Below are positions 50,886 to 62,076 of a stretch of 64,000 nt of DNA, piece after piece. Made by a program: the position numbers and the translations under genes. The DNA is from Spirochaetia bacterium (GTDB lineage: Bacteria; Spirochaetota; Spirochaetia; DSM-16054; Sediminispirochaetaceae), in contig JAXHMY010000008.1 of NCBI GenBank assembly GCA_034520965.1, positions 32,001-96,000 on the forward strand. Reading direction: 5' to 3'. Under the pieces are notes generated by a model. It was not told the DNA's origin, searched no databases, and saw nothing but the letters and a program-made list of their open reading frames with translations. Position 1 is the stretch's first letter. Every line of letters starts with the position of its first letter.

Positions 50886-51305
50886 TTAGATGTATCTAAT
50901 CTCGTAATCGACGGTGATAGCTTTTTTCAGTAGGGCACTTACTCCGCAGTACCGTTCCTGACTGAGGTTGACCGCTTTCTCGACTTTCTTTTCATCCAGA
51001 TTGTCGGATTTTTTAAACTCGTATATTACTTTGATGCTTGAATAGTGCTTTGGATGCTCCTCGGTAACCTCCGCTTCTACTTCGATGTTGAAATACGTGT
51101 GGGGCTGCTGCATCTTTTTTAAAAGTGAAACAACATCCATTCCGCTGCAGCCTGCCAGTGAGGCCAATAGCAACGGCTTAGGCCGCGGTCCATTGTCTTC
51201 GCCGCCCACCGTTTCATCGGCATCCATTAGAATTTTGTGGCCGCTGACCTCTGATTCAAAGGCCATCCCCTCTTTCCATGTACAATTTAAGCTGTGGTGT
51301 GACAT
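50886..51305 (-). CDS. OsmC/YhfA family protein
   Basis: GPRPKPLLLASLAGCSGMDV, RYCGV; SD GGAGG. Confidence 0.9.
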   Translation of the reverse strand: MSHHSLNCTWKEGMAFESEVSGHKILMDADETVGGEDNGPRPKPLLLASLAGCSGMDVVSLLKKMQQPHTYFNIEVEAEVTEEHPKHYSSIKVIYEFKKSDNLDEKKVEKAVNLSQERYCGVSALLKKAITVDYEIRYI

Positions 51306-51386
51306 AATTCCTCCTTTGTGATTACTAAATATAGCAATAAATCCAAGCGAAGGCAAAAAAGCTGGTGCAGTCACTTTAGTTCATTT

Positions 51387-51662
51387 TTACAAAACCTGTA
51401 TTACTTCGGGAAGATTCTTGAGTTTTTCATAAAGAATCTGCATCTGCTCCGAATTTTGTATGTAGACAGTGGTAGTAAAACTCATGTATTTTTCCCTTCC
51501 GCTGCTTTTGTGTTTCCACTCTTTAGGTGACAGCAGCAGGTCATGGAAAACCGACTCAAGCTTGGCTTGTTCCCACTGGCTTGAATCGGGCATGTCCGTA
51601 ATTATTTTCATCACGGTACGGGCTGGATAGTGGGGGTGTTGATTATCGGAAAATGATGACAT
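51387..51662 (-). CDS. DUF493/YbeD-like protein
   Basis: HYP...MKII, SSGREKYMSFT, LYEKLKNLPEVIQVL. Confidence 0.75.
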   Translation of the reverse strand: MSSFSDNQHPHYPARTVMKIITDMPDSSQWEQAKLESVFHDLLLSPKEWKHKSSGREKYMSFTTTVYIQNSEQMQILYEKLKNLPEVIQVL

Positions 51663-51700
51663 ACTATACTCCTCTAATACAGGATACTAGTTGGATTAAT

Positions 51701-52654
51701 ATGGATACAATACAGCTGCAGAAAGATTTTGGCAAACTTCTAAAAAAAAATCACCAGGAATTCAGAAATTTATTTTCCTCAATGGAAACCGACTGCTACC
51801 GTGTGTATAACTGGAATATCTCCGAAATACCCTGGCTAATAGACATCTATAGTAACTACCTGCACATCTCTTCGCTGGCTCAAACTCACCAGCCGGATTT
51901 GCTGGATGCTGAATCCGAGCTTTTAGAAACCGCCTCGCGAATGCTGTATGTGCCGCTGGAACGGATTTTTTTTAAGCACCGCTTTGTGCAAGGGCGCCAG
52001 GTCCAACATGAAAAACTGGATCAGTCGGGACACACCTTGACAGTAAAAGAACAGGGACTTCTGTTCAAAGTAAATCTTTTGGATTATCTGGATACTGGTT
52101 TATTTATAGATCTCAGGATTAGCCGGCAGCTTGTGCGTGAGGCAGCTGCCGGGATGCGGGTATTAAATCTGTTTGCATATACCGGTGCATTTACCGTGTA
52201 CGCGGCTGCTGGAGCCGCAGCTAGGACTGTGTCGGTAGACTTGTCGGCACCCTATATGCGTTGGGCTCAGGATAATATGGAACTGAACGGGCTCTCGGGA
52301 GATATGCACTCTTTTATTAACTCTGATGTGCGCGAATATCTGCAGACGGCAATTGAAAGCGGTGAGCAATATGACCTGATAATTTTGGATCCGCCTACTT
52401 TCTCCAACAGCCGCAAAACAGAGGGAACCTTCGATCTTCAGAGGGATTATGTGTGGTTTATCGGGCAGTGCCTAAAACTGCTTTCTAAGGACGGGAGTCT
52501 GCTGTTTTCTACAAACTATCACAAGTTTCATTTTGATCCGGGACGGCTGCACGGAGCCGAGGTACAAAATACTACTTCAACCACAATTCCGCCGGATTTT
52601 AACGGCAAGCGCAGGCCTCACCGCAGCTGGGTAATCCGGCGAAAAACCAGGTAA
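51701..52654 (+). CDS. class I SAM-dependent rRNA methyltransferase (RlmK/RlmI family)
   Basis: DCYRVY, DYLDTGLFID.R, VLNLFAYTG, LDPPTFSNS, FSTN. Confidence 0.88.
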   Translation: MDTIQLQKDFGKLLKKNHQEFRNLFSSMETDCYRVYNWNISEIPWLIDIYSNYLHISSLAQTHQPDLLDAESELLETASRMLYVPLERIFFKHRFVQGRQVQHEKLDQSGHTLTVKEQGLLFKVNLLDYLDTGLFIDLRISRQLVREAAAGMRVLNLFAYTGAFTVYAAAGAAARTVSVDLSAPYMRWAQDNMELNGLSGDMHSFINSDVREYLQTAIESGEQYDLIILDPPTFSNSRKTEGTFDLQRDYVWFIGQCLKLLSKDGSLLFSTNYHKFHFDPGRLHGAEVQNTTSTTIPPDFNGKRRPHRSWVIRRKTR

Positions 52655-52678
52655 TTCGCCGGACTTCAAACCGCTGCA

Positions 52679-54382
52679 CTATTTTTCCATCTTCTTTTTA
52701 AGTTTGGCCCAAGTGTCCCTCATAGAAACGGTGCGGTTGAAAACCGGCCGGCCGGGAGCGGAGTGCTTTATGTCTACGCAAAAGTAACCCTTGCGCAAAA
52801 ATTGATAAAAGCTTCCAGGTTCGGCGTTTTTTAGCGAGGGTTCCAGTTTCGCATTGTCGACTATCTGCAGCGATTCGGGATTCATTTCATCTAAAAAATC
52901 ACCGGTGGCTTCTCCAGGGTTTTCAGTAGTAAAAAGATGGTCGTATATTCGCACTTCCGCCTCTAAGGCATGGCGCGCCGACACCCAGTGGCTCGTTCCC
53001 TTTACTTTACGCCCATCATCGGTCCAGCCTCCGCGTGAAGCCGGATCATAGGTGCAGTGTATCTCTTCTATCTCCCCACTGTCGGGATTCTTATTGTAGT
53101 CAACGCAGGTAATGTAATAGGCATGTTTCAAGCGGACTTCTCTACCGGGGGCCAGTCTAAAAAACTTCTTGGGAGGTTCTTCCATGAAGTCTTCACGTTC
53201 TATATACAGCTCACGACTAAAGGGAATTTGCCGGCTGCCGGCGGAGGCGTCCTCGGGGTTGTTCTCTGCGTCCAGCCACTCCTCCTGATCTTCAGGGTAG
53301 TTGTCGATTATCACTTTTACCGGATCGATGACCCCCATCACCCGCTGAGCCCTCTGGTTTAGATCCTCCCGCAGGCAATGCTCTAAAAGGGCAATGTCGA
53401 TTGTGCTATTGGCCTTGGCTACCCCGATTCGGTCTGCAAAATCACGAATCGACTCGGGAGTGTAGCCCCGGCGGCGAAAGCCGGAAATTGTCGGCATACG
53501 CGGATCGTCCCATCCATCTACATGTCCTTCTTGGACAAGTTTTAGGAGTTTCCGCTTGCTCATCACCGTATAATTCAAATTAAGCCGGGCAAATTCGTAC
53601 TGCCGTGGTTGATGTTCAATCCCGGAAGCCTCTACCACCCAGTCGTATAATGGACGGTGGTCTTCAAACTCCAGAGTACAAATAGAGTGGGTAATCCCCT
53701 CGATTGCATCAGAAAGGGGGTGGGTAAAGTCATACATGGGGTAAATCGTCCAAGTTTCGCCGGTACGATGGTGTTTTACTTTCTTTATACGGTAGAGGGT
53801 AGGGTCGCGCATATTCAGGTTTCCGGAAGCCATGTCTATCTTTGCTCGCAGCACATAAGCTCCTTCTTCGAATTCCCCTGCTCTCATCCGTTTGAACAAA
53901 TCCAGACTCTCTTCGATAGGCCTTGACCGATCGGGGCTCTCTTTTCCCGGCTCTTTTAAGGTTCCCCGGTACTTCCGAATATCCTCCGGTGAGAGGCTGT
54001 CTATATAGGCCTTTCCAGCCCTGATGAGGGTAACCGCATATTCGTACAACTGTTCAAAATAATCCGAAGCAAAATACTCGTGGCTGTCCCAGTCGAAGCC
54101 GAGCCAATGCACGTCCTCCTTAATTGAATCGATATATTCGACCTCTTCTTTTTCAGGATTGGTATCATCAAAGCGCAGGTGGCAGCGGCCCTTGTATTTC
54201 TCAGCCAGACCAAAATTGAGGCAGATCGATTTTGCATGCCCGATATGGAGGTAGCCGTTCGGTTCAGGGGGGAAACGGGTCACCACCTGCCCGCCATGCT
54301 TTCCCTCTTCCAAATCTTTTACGATAACCCGTTCAATAAAATTAAGGGAAGTTTCATTTTTAGTTGTGTCCATATTATCCAC
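52679..54382 (-). CDS. glnS: glutamine--tRNA ligase
   Basis: [27 protein letters not shown]. Confidence 0.97.
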   Translation of the reverse strand: MDNMDTTKNETSLNFIERVIVKDLEEGKHGGQVVTRFPPEPNGYLHIGHAKSICLNFGLAEKYKGRCHLRFDDTNPEKEEVEYIDSIKEDVHWLGFDWDSHEYFASDYFEQLYEYAVTLIRAGKAYIDSLSPEDIRKYRGTLKEPGKESPDRSRPIEESLDLFKRMRAGEFEEGAYVLRAKIDMASGNLNMRDPTLYRIKKVKHHRTGETWTIYPMYDFTHPLSDAIEGITHSICTLEFEDHRPLYDWVVEASGIEHQPRQYEFARLNLNYTVMSKRKLLKLVQEGHVDGWDDPRMPTISGFRRRGYTPESIRDFADRIGVAKANSTIDIALLEHCLREDLNQRAQRVMGVIDPVKVIIDNYPEDQEEWLDAENNPEDASAGSRQIPFSRELYIEREDFMEEPPKKFFRLAPGREVRLKHAYYITCVDYNKNPDSGEIEEIHCTYDPASRGGWTDDGRKVKGTSHWVSARHALEAEVRIYDHLFTTENPGEATGDFLDEMNPESLQIVDNAKLEPSLKNAEPGSFYQFLRKGYFCVDIKHSAPGRPVFNRTVSMRDTWAKLKKKMEK

Positions 54383-54565
54383 CTCTTTCGTTATGTGCCT
54401 GTATTAATAATTGATGTTATGATTCTTGCTGTGCTGATAGTAGCATACTGGAAAAAAAAAGTAAGGCGTCTGTATATCTATAAAAAACAGTGCCCGGATT
54501 TGGACTACCCTGTACCCATAAACGACCTTGGTTGCGTTCTAAACCGGGCCATATTCTTATAATCT

Positions 54566-55690
54566 TTATCCAATGTGGGTAACCTTAAATAGAAGGCCGG
54601 GCTTATAAAAGGTAACGCAGTTTCTCCCGTTCTCCTTTGAGTAATATAGTGCTTTATCAGCCTGTTCGATAAGTTTCAGCGGTGCGGCATACCGGGTTGA
54701 GTTAATATGGTTTACTCCAATACTCACCGTGATTTTCAAGGTCTTTTCCATGTAATGCACTTCCATAAGCTCAATTTCTTTGCGAACTCGTTCGGCCACA
54801 TGAAATGCAGCCTCCTTCGTGCTCTCGGGAAGCAAAATGATAAACTCTTCGCCCCCAAAGCGGGCAATTACATCCTCCTGCCGCAGTGTATGTTCCAGGT
54901 TTCGGGATAGATGGAACAGCACCTTGTCACCGGCCAGGTGGCCGTGGAGGTCGTTGAGCTGTTTAAAGTGGTCTATATCCAGCAGAAGAATGGATATGCT
55001 GTTGTTATGACGCCGGACTTTAGCTAACTCTTCACTAAGCCGTTTTTGAAAGAAAGAGTGATTATACAGCTGGGTCTTGAAATCGGTTACGCTGCTGCGG
55101 TAGTGAATTACATTTTGAAAGCTTAAGGATGCAAACTTCAATAGGCGGTCGATATATATTATCTCTTCATCAGAATACTCACCGTCTATTATCTTCTTAC
55201 CGACAATAATCATGCCGTAAAGCTCATCCGGACCGCTGATGGGTATAATTATTTCAGGATTAAGCGGTTTGAGCTGCTCCGCCGCAGCTTTACTCTGAAC
55301 TGAGTATTCAAACAGTGAGAAACTGATGGTTCCCGGATAAGAGGAAAAGTATCGGTTGTAAGACTCCAGGGAATGAATTGGAGCAGGGGATTCAACCCGT
55401 TTTAAATTATGATAACAAATTGTGCGCGGCTTTTGATCATCCCCATGCAGCTTCAGGACAAACTGGAGAAAACTCGGTACAAATCGGTCTACCAGATTTG
55501 AGGTGATATATTCAATCAGGCTGTCGCCGCTGTCTTGATTGAATATTTCAATTGCATCCGAGAGCAATTCCTCCAGATCGTGGATCCGGCGTTTGGAATG
55601 GGCCAGGTAATTAAAAATACCTAAAGAGTTCAGCAGATCGTAGTGCTTTATAGCCTCAGGGCTTTTCATAAAATCGTCAACGTATTTCAT
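54566..55690 (-). CDS. GAF-like/GGDEF diguanylate cyclase
   Basis: LDIDHFK..ND..GH..GD, RQED I-site, RFGGEEF, ADKALY. Confidence 0.92.
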   Translation of the reverse strand: MKYVDDFMKSPEAIKHYDLLNSLGIFNYLAHSKRRIHDLEELLSDAIEIFNQDSGDSLIEYITSNLVDRFVPSFLQFVLKLHGDDQKPRTICYHNLKRVESPAPIHSLESYNRYFSSYPGTISFSLFEYSVQSKAAAEQLKPLNPEIIIPISGPDELYGMIIVGKKIIDGEYSDEEIIYIDRLLKFASLSFQNVIHYRSSVTDFKTQLYNHSFFQKRLSEELAKVRRHNNSISILLLDIDHFKQLNDLHGHLAGDKVLFHLSRNLEHTLRQEDVIARFGGEEFIILLPESTKEAAFHVAERVRKEIELMEVHYMEKTLKITVSIGVNHINSTRYAAPLKLIEQADKALYYSKENGRNCVTFYKPGLLFKVTHIG

Positions 55691-55720
55691 AGTTGGTTTT
55701 ATCTAAAATACCCCAAATTC

Positions 55721-55921
55721 TTATACTTCACAAGTAGGTTCTTGGGCGTCACCGCTGGGATCACTATTTTTTATTATCTGTGCTAAATCAGGAAAAACGG
55801 CCTTATAATTGTAGTCGAGTATATAGTGCCCCAGATCAAAGACCCCTTTATTGTGATAGTCAATAAGGCGGGAATCGGCGGCTGCGTGGCTGAACTGGGG
55901 CTTTGTAAACTCACGATGCAT
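55721..55921 (-). CDS. small hypothetical protein
   Basis: 66-aa ORF with an SD (AAGGAG) at the end of the upstream gene; operon-like spacing. Confidence 0.45.
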   Translation of the reverse strand: MHREFTKPQFSHAAADSRLIDYHNKGVFDLGHYILDYNYKAVFPDLAQIIKNSDPSGDAQEPTCEV

Positions 55922-55930
55922 TCTAAGAAC

Positions 55931-56860
55931 TCACTCTCCTTGAATCATTTCTTGAGTAAACTGTGTATATTCTACCAAATTTGAGTCGTTCTGCAAATCG
56001 AATGCATGGGTTAAGCAATACAGTTCATAGGTAAATCGGTATAACTGTTGCAAGGACGGCGTGAAATCCGATATATAAGGCCTAAGGCTCTGCAGCTGCT
56101 GATATGCAGCGCTATAGTTCTGGCGATACAGGTGAAAACGAACCAAGCTAAGGGTTAAAACCGCTTTTTCGATGGTACTGTTTTGTTGATCCCTGAGCTG
56201 GTTTTTTATGAGCGGAGCTATAAGGTGATCGTTGCCCGATTGCCCGTCATGAATATAAAATTCTGCCAAATGCAGAGCAGCCCCTTCCTGCTGCAATCTC
56301 TGTTCGCGCTGTACAGAAAAAAGCTCGGGTTGGCGAACTGCATGCTCTTCCAGTATAAAAATGGTGTCATGAATATTCTGCAGTGGTAAGGCTTCCCGGC
56401 TGAGGAACTCTCCGCGCCCTTTGAGCGGTGATTTAGTGATTGGGCTATAAATAGCATTACTGTGCCACTCAAGCTGAGGAGCTGTAACAGAGCTAAATTT
56501 CGGAATGATACAGAGAGTTCCGTGTTCAAAGTAATTGGACACCTCGATACGCTCAACTGCAGCCTCCTGCTCACAGGTTTTCCATAAGGCGCATATCAGT
56601 TGATATTTGGACTTGAGGCTCATGTTGTGAACCAGCTCAAGCGGCAAGATCAATCCGCTGTAAAGACTGTGGACCGCACAATACGCATTTAAGTGGTCCA
56701 CAGGGTTTAATGCTGTCGAGGACGGAAAAACATCTACCTTGCAGTGAGCGCTCTTCCGAAGGGCTTTGGAACCCTTGTAGGAGCTGAGACAACTGATGTT
56801 GAACAGTAGAATACTTGCCGTCAATAAAATAAGTGCGGGGTATCGCATAATCTCCTCCAT
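55931..56860 (-). CDS. hypothetical lipoprotein
   Basis: Signal-peptide-like N-terminus with ISC; helical C-terminus. Confidence 0.55.
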   Translation of the reverse strand: MEEIMRYPALILLTASILLFNISCLSSYKGSKALRKSAHCKVDVFPSSTALNPVDHLNAYCAVHSLYSGLILPLELVHNMSLKSKYQLICALWKTCEQEAAVERIEVSNYFEHGTLCIIPKFSSVTAPQLEWHSNAIYSPITKSPLKGRGEFLSREALPLQNIHDTIFILEEHAVRQPELFSVQREQRLQQEGAALHLAEFYIHDGQSGNDHLIAPLIKNQLRDQQNSTIEKAVLTLSLVRFHLYRQNYSAAYQQLQSLRPYISDFTPSLQQLYRFTYELYCLTHAFDLQNDSNLVEYTQFTQEMIQGE

Positions 56861-56994
56861 AATTCTGTGATAGATTAGTGCTGTATTAATAGAGGAGAAA
56901 AACGTATTCCTGCTTCAGAAAAAATTAAAAAAAATATAAAAACACAGGCCATCCTATATTGAGGTTCTTTCAAAATGCTAATTTTGGAAGAACC

Positions 56995-58287
56995 TCACAT
57001 CGTAGTCTGATATTGCATAGGAACTTTCACTTTAATTTCAGTGCCCCGTCCTAGAGATGAGCTAATGGAAAATTCGCCATTCAGCATCTTCGTCCGCTCT
57101 TCCATACTGGTCAGACCGAGGTGAGTTTCGGTTTGGTTTGCCTGAGCAAAGCCATGGGAAGGGTTGAAACCTCGGCCGTTGTCCTGGATACGAAGGAGTA
57201 AGTGGGGGGATGAGGCTATTAAACGGACGGAAATTTTGGTAGCTGTGGAGTGTTTGCGGATGTTCTGCAGCGCTTCCTGGGTAATCCGGTACAGGTTTAT
57301 TTCAGTGGTGTAGTCGCTCTGCAGTGAATTCACTCCTACCGGAAAAAAGCGCACCTGGCTTCCGGTTTGTACAGCCAGGTTATTGCACAAACCGCGGACA
57401 GCTCCAACCAAACCTATGTGGTCTAAATTATAAGGCCTGATTTCACCGGATATACGCCGGGTTGCCTGAATTATCTCCTGCATCATACTTGATATGCTGC
57501 TGAGTTCGCTGATAGGTACCCCTTTGGAGTTATCGAAAGTATAGACCATATTATCAATATTCATTTTCATAGATGCTAAATCCTGGACTATATCATCATG
57601 AAGGTCGTAGGAAATTTGCTTGCGCTCATCTTCCTGCATACGCAAAAGCGACTGAGTCAGCATTCTGATACGCTCTTCGGCTATATGCTTTTGTCGGCTA
57701 GAGAGCAGGAACATGAGAAAGCCCAGCAGCAGCAATACGAGGGTAGTCAAAATAAGATTATTAAACAGTTGGAACCTATTCAACTGTTCTAAACTGTAGG
57801 CCCGGATAGTTTCATCCAAACGGATTAGATCCTGTTCAAAACTTCGCATGAGGAGAGTAGGTGAAAAGAGAGAAGGAAATTCTGTGTGTTTTGCAAGTGC
57901 CAGCTTGTTAATGAGGCTATGAACATCACGCAGGACAAAGGGCCACTTGATATAGAGAGCGTGCAAGGTAGTTTCCAGTTCTTCAACTCTAAGCTTTGCT
58001 GCGAACAGCTCGTCACTAAGAAAGTTTTTCTGCAGGATAGTTTCAAACCTGGATAGCTTGGTGAGTAATTGTGAGTACGAAGAGGGGCCATAAGAACTTT
58101 GATACAGCTCCTCTTTCAGATCAATCCAGGAGATATACAGCTTTGAAACCCTTCGCTCCTGCTTGGTGATGGATCGCTGCACATGGGACGTATAGAAATA
58201 AATCCCCACCAACATCACGAAGGCAGTAAACAGGGTAAAACCTGCCATTAAAAACTGTTTATAATTATGTGTCTGCCGTGTTCTCAT
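56995..58287 (-). CDS. membrane sensor histidine kinase (HisKA_3/NarX-like)
   Basis: Two TM helices, ERKQISYDLHD, QEALQNIRKH, DNGRGF, GLTSMEER. Confidence 0.93.
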   Translation of the reverse strand: MRTRQTHNYKQFLMAGFTLFTAFVMLVGIYFYTSHVQRSITKQERRVSKLYISWIDLKEELYQSSYGPSSYSQLLTKLSRFETILQKNFLSDELFAAKLRVEELETTLHALYIKWPFVLRDVHSLINKLALAKHTEFPSLFSPTLLMRSFEQDLIRLDETIRAYSLEQLNRFQLFNNLILTTLVLLLLGFLMFLLSSRQKHIAEERIRMLTQSLLRMQEDERKQISYDLHDDIVQDLASMKMNIDNMVYTFDNSKGVPISELSSISSMMQEIIQATRRISGEIRPYNLDHIGLVGAVRGLCNNLAVQTGSQVRFFPVGVNSLQSDYTTEINLYRITQEALQNIRKHSTATKISVRLIASSPHLLLRIQDNGRGFNPSHGFAQANQTETHLGLTSMEERTKMLNGEFSISSSLGRGTEIKVKVPMQYQTTM

Positions 58288-58305
58288 GCAGTCGTTTTAA
58301 GCACT

Positions 58306-58749
58306 TTAGATCTCCAGATTATTCATTTTTTTTACCCGCTGAAGATGCCGTCCTCCGGCAAATTCGGCATCGATAAAGGAGTCTAATATTTTTTCGACAG
58401 GTTCGGTATAGTCAATTCTACCGCCAAAGGCGATAAAGTTTACATTATTGTGTTCACGGGCCATTTGGGCGGCAAAGCTGTTCTGCAGCATTGCACAGGT
58501 TATGCCCTTCATTTTATTGGCGCTGATGGAAATACCTATGCCCGTCCCGCAGCATACGATTCCAAAATCGTAACCACCCCGACGGAATTCTTTCACTGCA
58601 TCAACAGCTTTATCCGGATAATCAACCGATTCTTCCGAAAAGACCCCCACGTCTTTTACCTCAAAGCCCCGCTTCTCTAGGTGTTCGATAATTACTTTTT
58701 TTATGTGTAAAGCTCCATGGTCTATTCCGATTACTACTTTCGCTGCCAT
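58306..58749 (-). CDS. rpiB: ribose 5-phosphate isomerase B
   Basis: IDHG, VDYPD, CGTGIG...ANK, AREHNN, GGRH. Confidence 0.95.
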   Translation of the reverse strand: MAAKVVIGIDHGALHIKKVIIEHLEKRGFEVKDVGVFSEESVDYPDKAVDAVKEFRRGGYDFGIVCCGTGIGISISANKMKGITCAMLQNSFAAQMAREHNNVNFIAFGGRIDYTEPVEKILDSFIDAEFAGGRHLQRVKKMNNLEI

Positions 58750-58759
58750 CTGATGCCTC

Positions 58760-58889
58760 CTGACAGTTATTCTAATGACTTACTCAAGTTGCGGCAACAG
58801 TTATCAGTGATGTAGATGTAGCGGGAATCCTCATCAAACCGGTTGATCCTTCGACCTTGCTTGAATATATTGAAGACAGTCTTACCTAG
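58760..58889 (+). pseudogene. fragment resembling the C-terminal half of a receiver (REC) domain
   Basis: Manual translation: LTVILMTYS, then after a shift DVDVAGILIKPVDPSTLLEYIEDSLT-stop. Confidence 0.4.
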
Positions 58890-58909
58890 AGCATAGAGAG
58901 GGTATGTAA

Positions 58910-59782
58910 ATGATTGATATAAGCCCAATAAGAGCAGACCTCTTAAAAGCGCAAAAAAATGAAATTACCGAGTATCTCATCTACAATAAACTATCAACTA
59001 GACAAAAGGACCGTCGAAACAGGGTTACCCTGCAGAAAATTAGCAGTGAGGAGTATCAGCATTATGAATTTTGGCGGGAGTACACAGGAGTAGAACTCAA
59101 GCCTAGGCGCCTCAAAATTTGGTTCTATCTGCTGATCACACGGCTGTTTGGACTTACCTTCGGAGTCAAACTGATGGAATTGGGAGAAGAAACCGCACAA
59201 ATTAATTACCAGAAAATCCAAGAATACATTCCACCTGCTAAGAAGATCATAGCGGACGAAGATTCCCATGAAAAAGCTTTAATCAATATCATCGAGGAAG
59301 AGCGCCTCTCATATGTTGGTTCGATTGTGCTGGGGCTAAACGATGCCCTGGTCGAGTTAACCGGAACCCTGGCCGGATTATCTTTTGCATTACAAAACAA
59401 CCGTCTCATTGCAGTGGTTGGATTGATTACGGGAATTGCGGCTGCATTATCAATGGCCGCCTCGGAGTACCTCTCTAAACGGTCTGAAGGCAAGCATAGC
59501 CGGGCTTTGCGCTCTTCTTTATACACCGGAGTAGCGTATATCGGAACCGTTTTTTTGCTTGTAATACCCTTCTTCCTGCTTCCGATGTATCAAATTGCGC
59601 TGCCGGTTACCCTGGGTATTGGTTTATTAATTATACTTGTATTCAATTTTTATATTTCTGTTGCCAAGGATTACAACTTTTTGCATCGCTTTGGAGAAAT
59701 GGCTGCCATTAGTTTAGGGGTTGCATTTGTTTCATTTATTATTGGATTTGTCATACGCTCTGTATTTGGCGTTGATGTCTAA
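58910..59782 (+). CDS. ferritin-like/rubrerythrin domain fused to a VIT1/CCC1 transporter
   Basis: EE..H motifs (SEEYQH, DEDSH); VLGLNDALVE, LSMAASEYLS. Confidence 0.88.
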   Translation: MIDISPIRADLLKAQKNEITEYLIYNKLSTRQKDRRNRVTLQKISSEEYQHYEFWREYTGVELKPRRLKIWFYLLITRLFGLTFGVKLMELGEETAQINYQKIQEYIPPAKKIIADEDSHEKALINIIEEERLSYVGSIVLGLNDALVELTGTLAGLSFALQNNRLIAVVGLITGIAAALSMAASEYLSKRSEGKHSRALRSSLYTGVAYIGTVFLLVIPFFLLPMYQIALPVTLGIGLLIILVFNFYISVAKDYNFLHRFGEMAAISLGVAFVSFIIGFVIRSVFGVDV

Positions 59783-59882
59783 GTAAAGGAAAGACTTTCA
59801 TTTTTGCAGCTTCTGGGGGTTTGCTTTTTTCTGCAAAGGTTAGTATTTTAGTAGTGAATACGCAACACATACGGAGTTATCT

Positions 59883-60635
59883 ATGCCACTACTTACAATT
59901 CGCAACCTGGCCTCTACAGTGTATGACGCTGCCGAGGAACAGAATAAACAAATCTTAAACGGAGTCGACCTGGATATTAACCCCGGTGAGATCCATATGC
60001 TGATGGGGACTAACGGTTCAGGAAAATCAACTCTGGCCCACGCCTTGATGGGCCACCCACATCATACAATAACCGCCGGGTCGGTTCAATTCCAAGATAA
60101 AGATCTGCTGGCGATGAAGCCCGACGAAAGGGCCAGAGCCGGCCTGTATTTAGCCTTCCAATATCCGGCGGCGATCCCCGGGCTCCCGGTGGCAACCTTT
60201 TTAAAGAAAGCAACTGAAGCCCGTCGGAATGAAGAGATCAGCGTGCGGGAGTTTCAAAAGGAACTCCGCGGATTGATGGGTGAGCTGGAAATTCCTAAGT
60301 CCTTCCTGGGGCGCTCATTGCATGACGGCTTTTCCGGGGGCGAGAAGAAGCGAATGGAGGTTCTGCAGCTGAACCTGCTGAAGCCGAGTTTGGCCATCCT
60401 CGATGAAACAGACTCCGGATTAGATATTGATGCTCTTAAACTGCTGTTCTCTAATATAAGAGAAAAAACCAGTGAGGGAAGATCTTTACTGATCATAAGT
60501 CATTACGATCGAATTTTAGACTACATAACTCCGGATTATGTGCATATCATGCAGGCCGGCAAGCTTGTCCGCAGTGGCGGGGTCGAGTTGAGTCGCTTTA
60601 TCCACAGTGAAGGCTTCGAAGCGGCTGTCCACTAG
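59883..60635 (+). CDS. sufC: Fe-S cluster assembly ATPase
   Basis: [37 protein letters not shown]. Confidence 0.96.
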   Translation: MPLLTIRNLASTVYDAAEEQNKQILNGVDLDINPGEIHMLMGTNGSGKSTLAHALMGHPHHTITAGSVQFQDKDLLAMKPDERARAGLYLAFQYPAAIPGLPVATFLKKATEARRNEEISVREFQKELRGLMGELEIPKSFLGRSLHDGFSGGEKKRMEVLQLNLLKPSLAILDETDSGLDIDALKLLFSNIREKTSEGRSLLIISHYDRILDYITPDYVHIMQAGKLVRSGGVELSRFIHSEGFEAAVH

Positions 60636-60648
60636 GGAGTTATGTAAT

Positions 60649-62076
60649 ATGAATAATACACAGCGAGAACATTTAAGCAGCATCAATAGTGACTATGAAG
60701 AACTGTATGGATTTAAGGCTTCCTCCGAATACATGGAGTCTGCTACCCGAGGCTTAAGTGAAGATGTGGTCAGGGAAATTTCGAAAATGAAAAACGAACC
60801 GCAATGGATGCTTGATTTCAGGCTCGAAGCTCTGGCGACTTTTTATAGGATGCCCGATCCTCAGTGGATAGATGCTTCCGTTTTTTCTTCAATCAACTAT
60901 GACAACCTTTTTTACTATGCCCGGGCAACGGACAAACAGTTTAACGATTGGGATGACGTCCCTGAGCATATTAAGGAGACCTTCGATAAGCTTGGTGTTC
61001 CCGAAGCTGAAAAGAAATTTTTAGCCGGGGCATCAGCTCAGTTTGAATCAGAAGTGGTCTATCATCACATGCAGGAAGAGCTTGAGAAGCAGGGTGTGAT
61101 TTTCATGGACATCGATTCAGGCCTGCAGCAGCATGAGGAGTTGTTTCGACGCTATTTTGCAAGCCAAGTGCCCATGGACGACAATAAGTTTGCTGCACTT
61201 AACTCGGCCGCATGGTCGGGGGGGAGCTTTATCTATATTCCCCCTGGAGTAAAAGTGGATATTCCTTTACAGGCCTACTTCCGGATTAATGCCGAAAGCA
61301 TGGGCCAGTTTGAGCGGACTTTAATTATTGCCGATAAGGGTGCCTCAGTTCATTACATCGAAGGCTGTACTGCTCCGGTATACTCCAGCGATTCCTTTCA
61401 TACCGGCGTGATCGAATTGTTTGCGATGGAGGGGGCGTCCCTTCGGTACACCACCATCCAAAACTGGTCGAACAATGTGCTGAACTTGGTTACCCAACGG
61501 GCCGTTGCCCATAAAGATGCCAAAGTAGAATGGATGGACGGTAATCTGGGTGCCCGGACCACTATGAAATACCCCGCAGTCTCACTGATAGGGGAAGGGG
61601 CGCGAGGCCGGGTGCTCTCAATCGGCTACGCGAATGATATCCAACGCCAGGATGCGGGGGCTAAAGTAATTCATGCCGCCCCGCATACATCCTCCTCGAT
61701 TACCGCCAAGTCTATTTCCCATAACGGCGGACGCAGCTCCTATCGCGGCCTGGTCAAAGTACTTCCCGGGGCCAGTGATGTAACCTCAAATGTCAATTGT
61801 GACGCTCTGCTGCTTGATGATCGGTCCCGTTCGGATACCTACCCGACCATCGATGTGCAGGAGAACCGGCAGGTGAACGTGGCTCATGAGGCAAGCGTGG
61901 GAAAGATAAGTGACGAAGCCCTGTTTTATCTAATGAGCAGGGGAATTGCCGAAGAAGAGGCCTTGTTTATGATTGTAAATGGCTTTATTGAAGAGTTTGC
62001 GAAGGAGCTCCCGATGGAATATGCGGTAGAACTCAACCGGTTGATTCAACTGGAAATGGAAGGAGCGGTAGGTTGA
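60649..62076 (+). CDS. sufB: Fe-S cluster assembly protein
   Basis: [43 protein letters not shown]. Confidence 0.96.
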   Translation: MNNTQREHLSSINSDYEELYGFKASSEYMESATRGLSEDVVREISKMKNEPQWMLDFRLEALATFYRMPDPQWIDASVFSSINYDNLFYYARATDKQFNDWDDVPEHIKETFDKLGVPEAEKKFLAGASAQFESEVVYHHMQEELEKQGVIFMDIDSGLQQHEELFRRYFASQVPMDDNKFAALNSAAWSGGSFIYIPPGVKVDIPLQAYFRINAESMGQFERTLIIADKGASVHYIEGCTAPVYSSDSFHTGVIELFAMEGASLRYTTIQNWSNNVLNLVTQRAVAHKDAKVEWMDGNLGARTTMKYPAVSLIGEGARGRVLSIGYANDIQRQDAGAKVIHAAPHTSSSITAKSISHNGGRSSYRGLVKVLPGASDVTSNVNCDALLLDDRSRSDTYPTIDVQENRQVNVAHEASVGKISDEALFYLMSRGIAEEEALFMIVNGFIEEFAKELPMEYAVELNRLIQLEMEGAVG

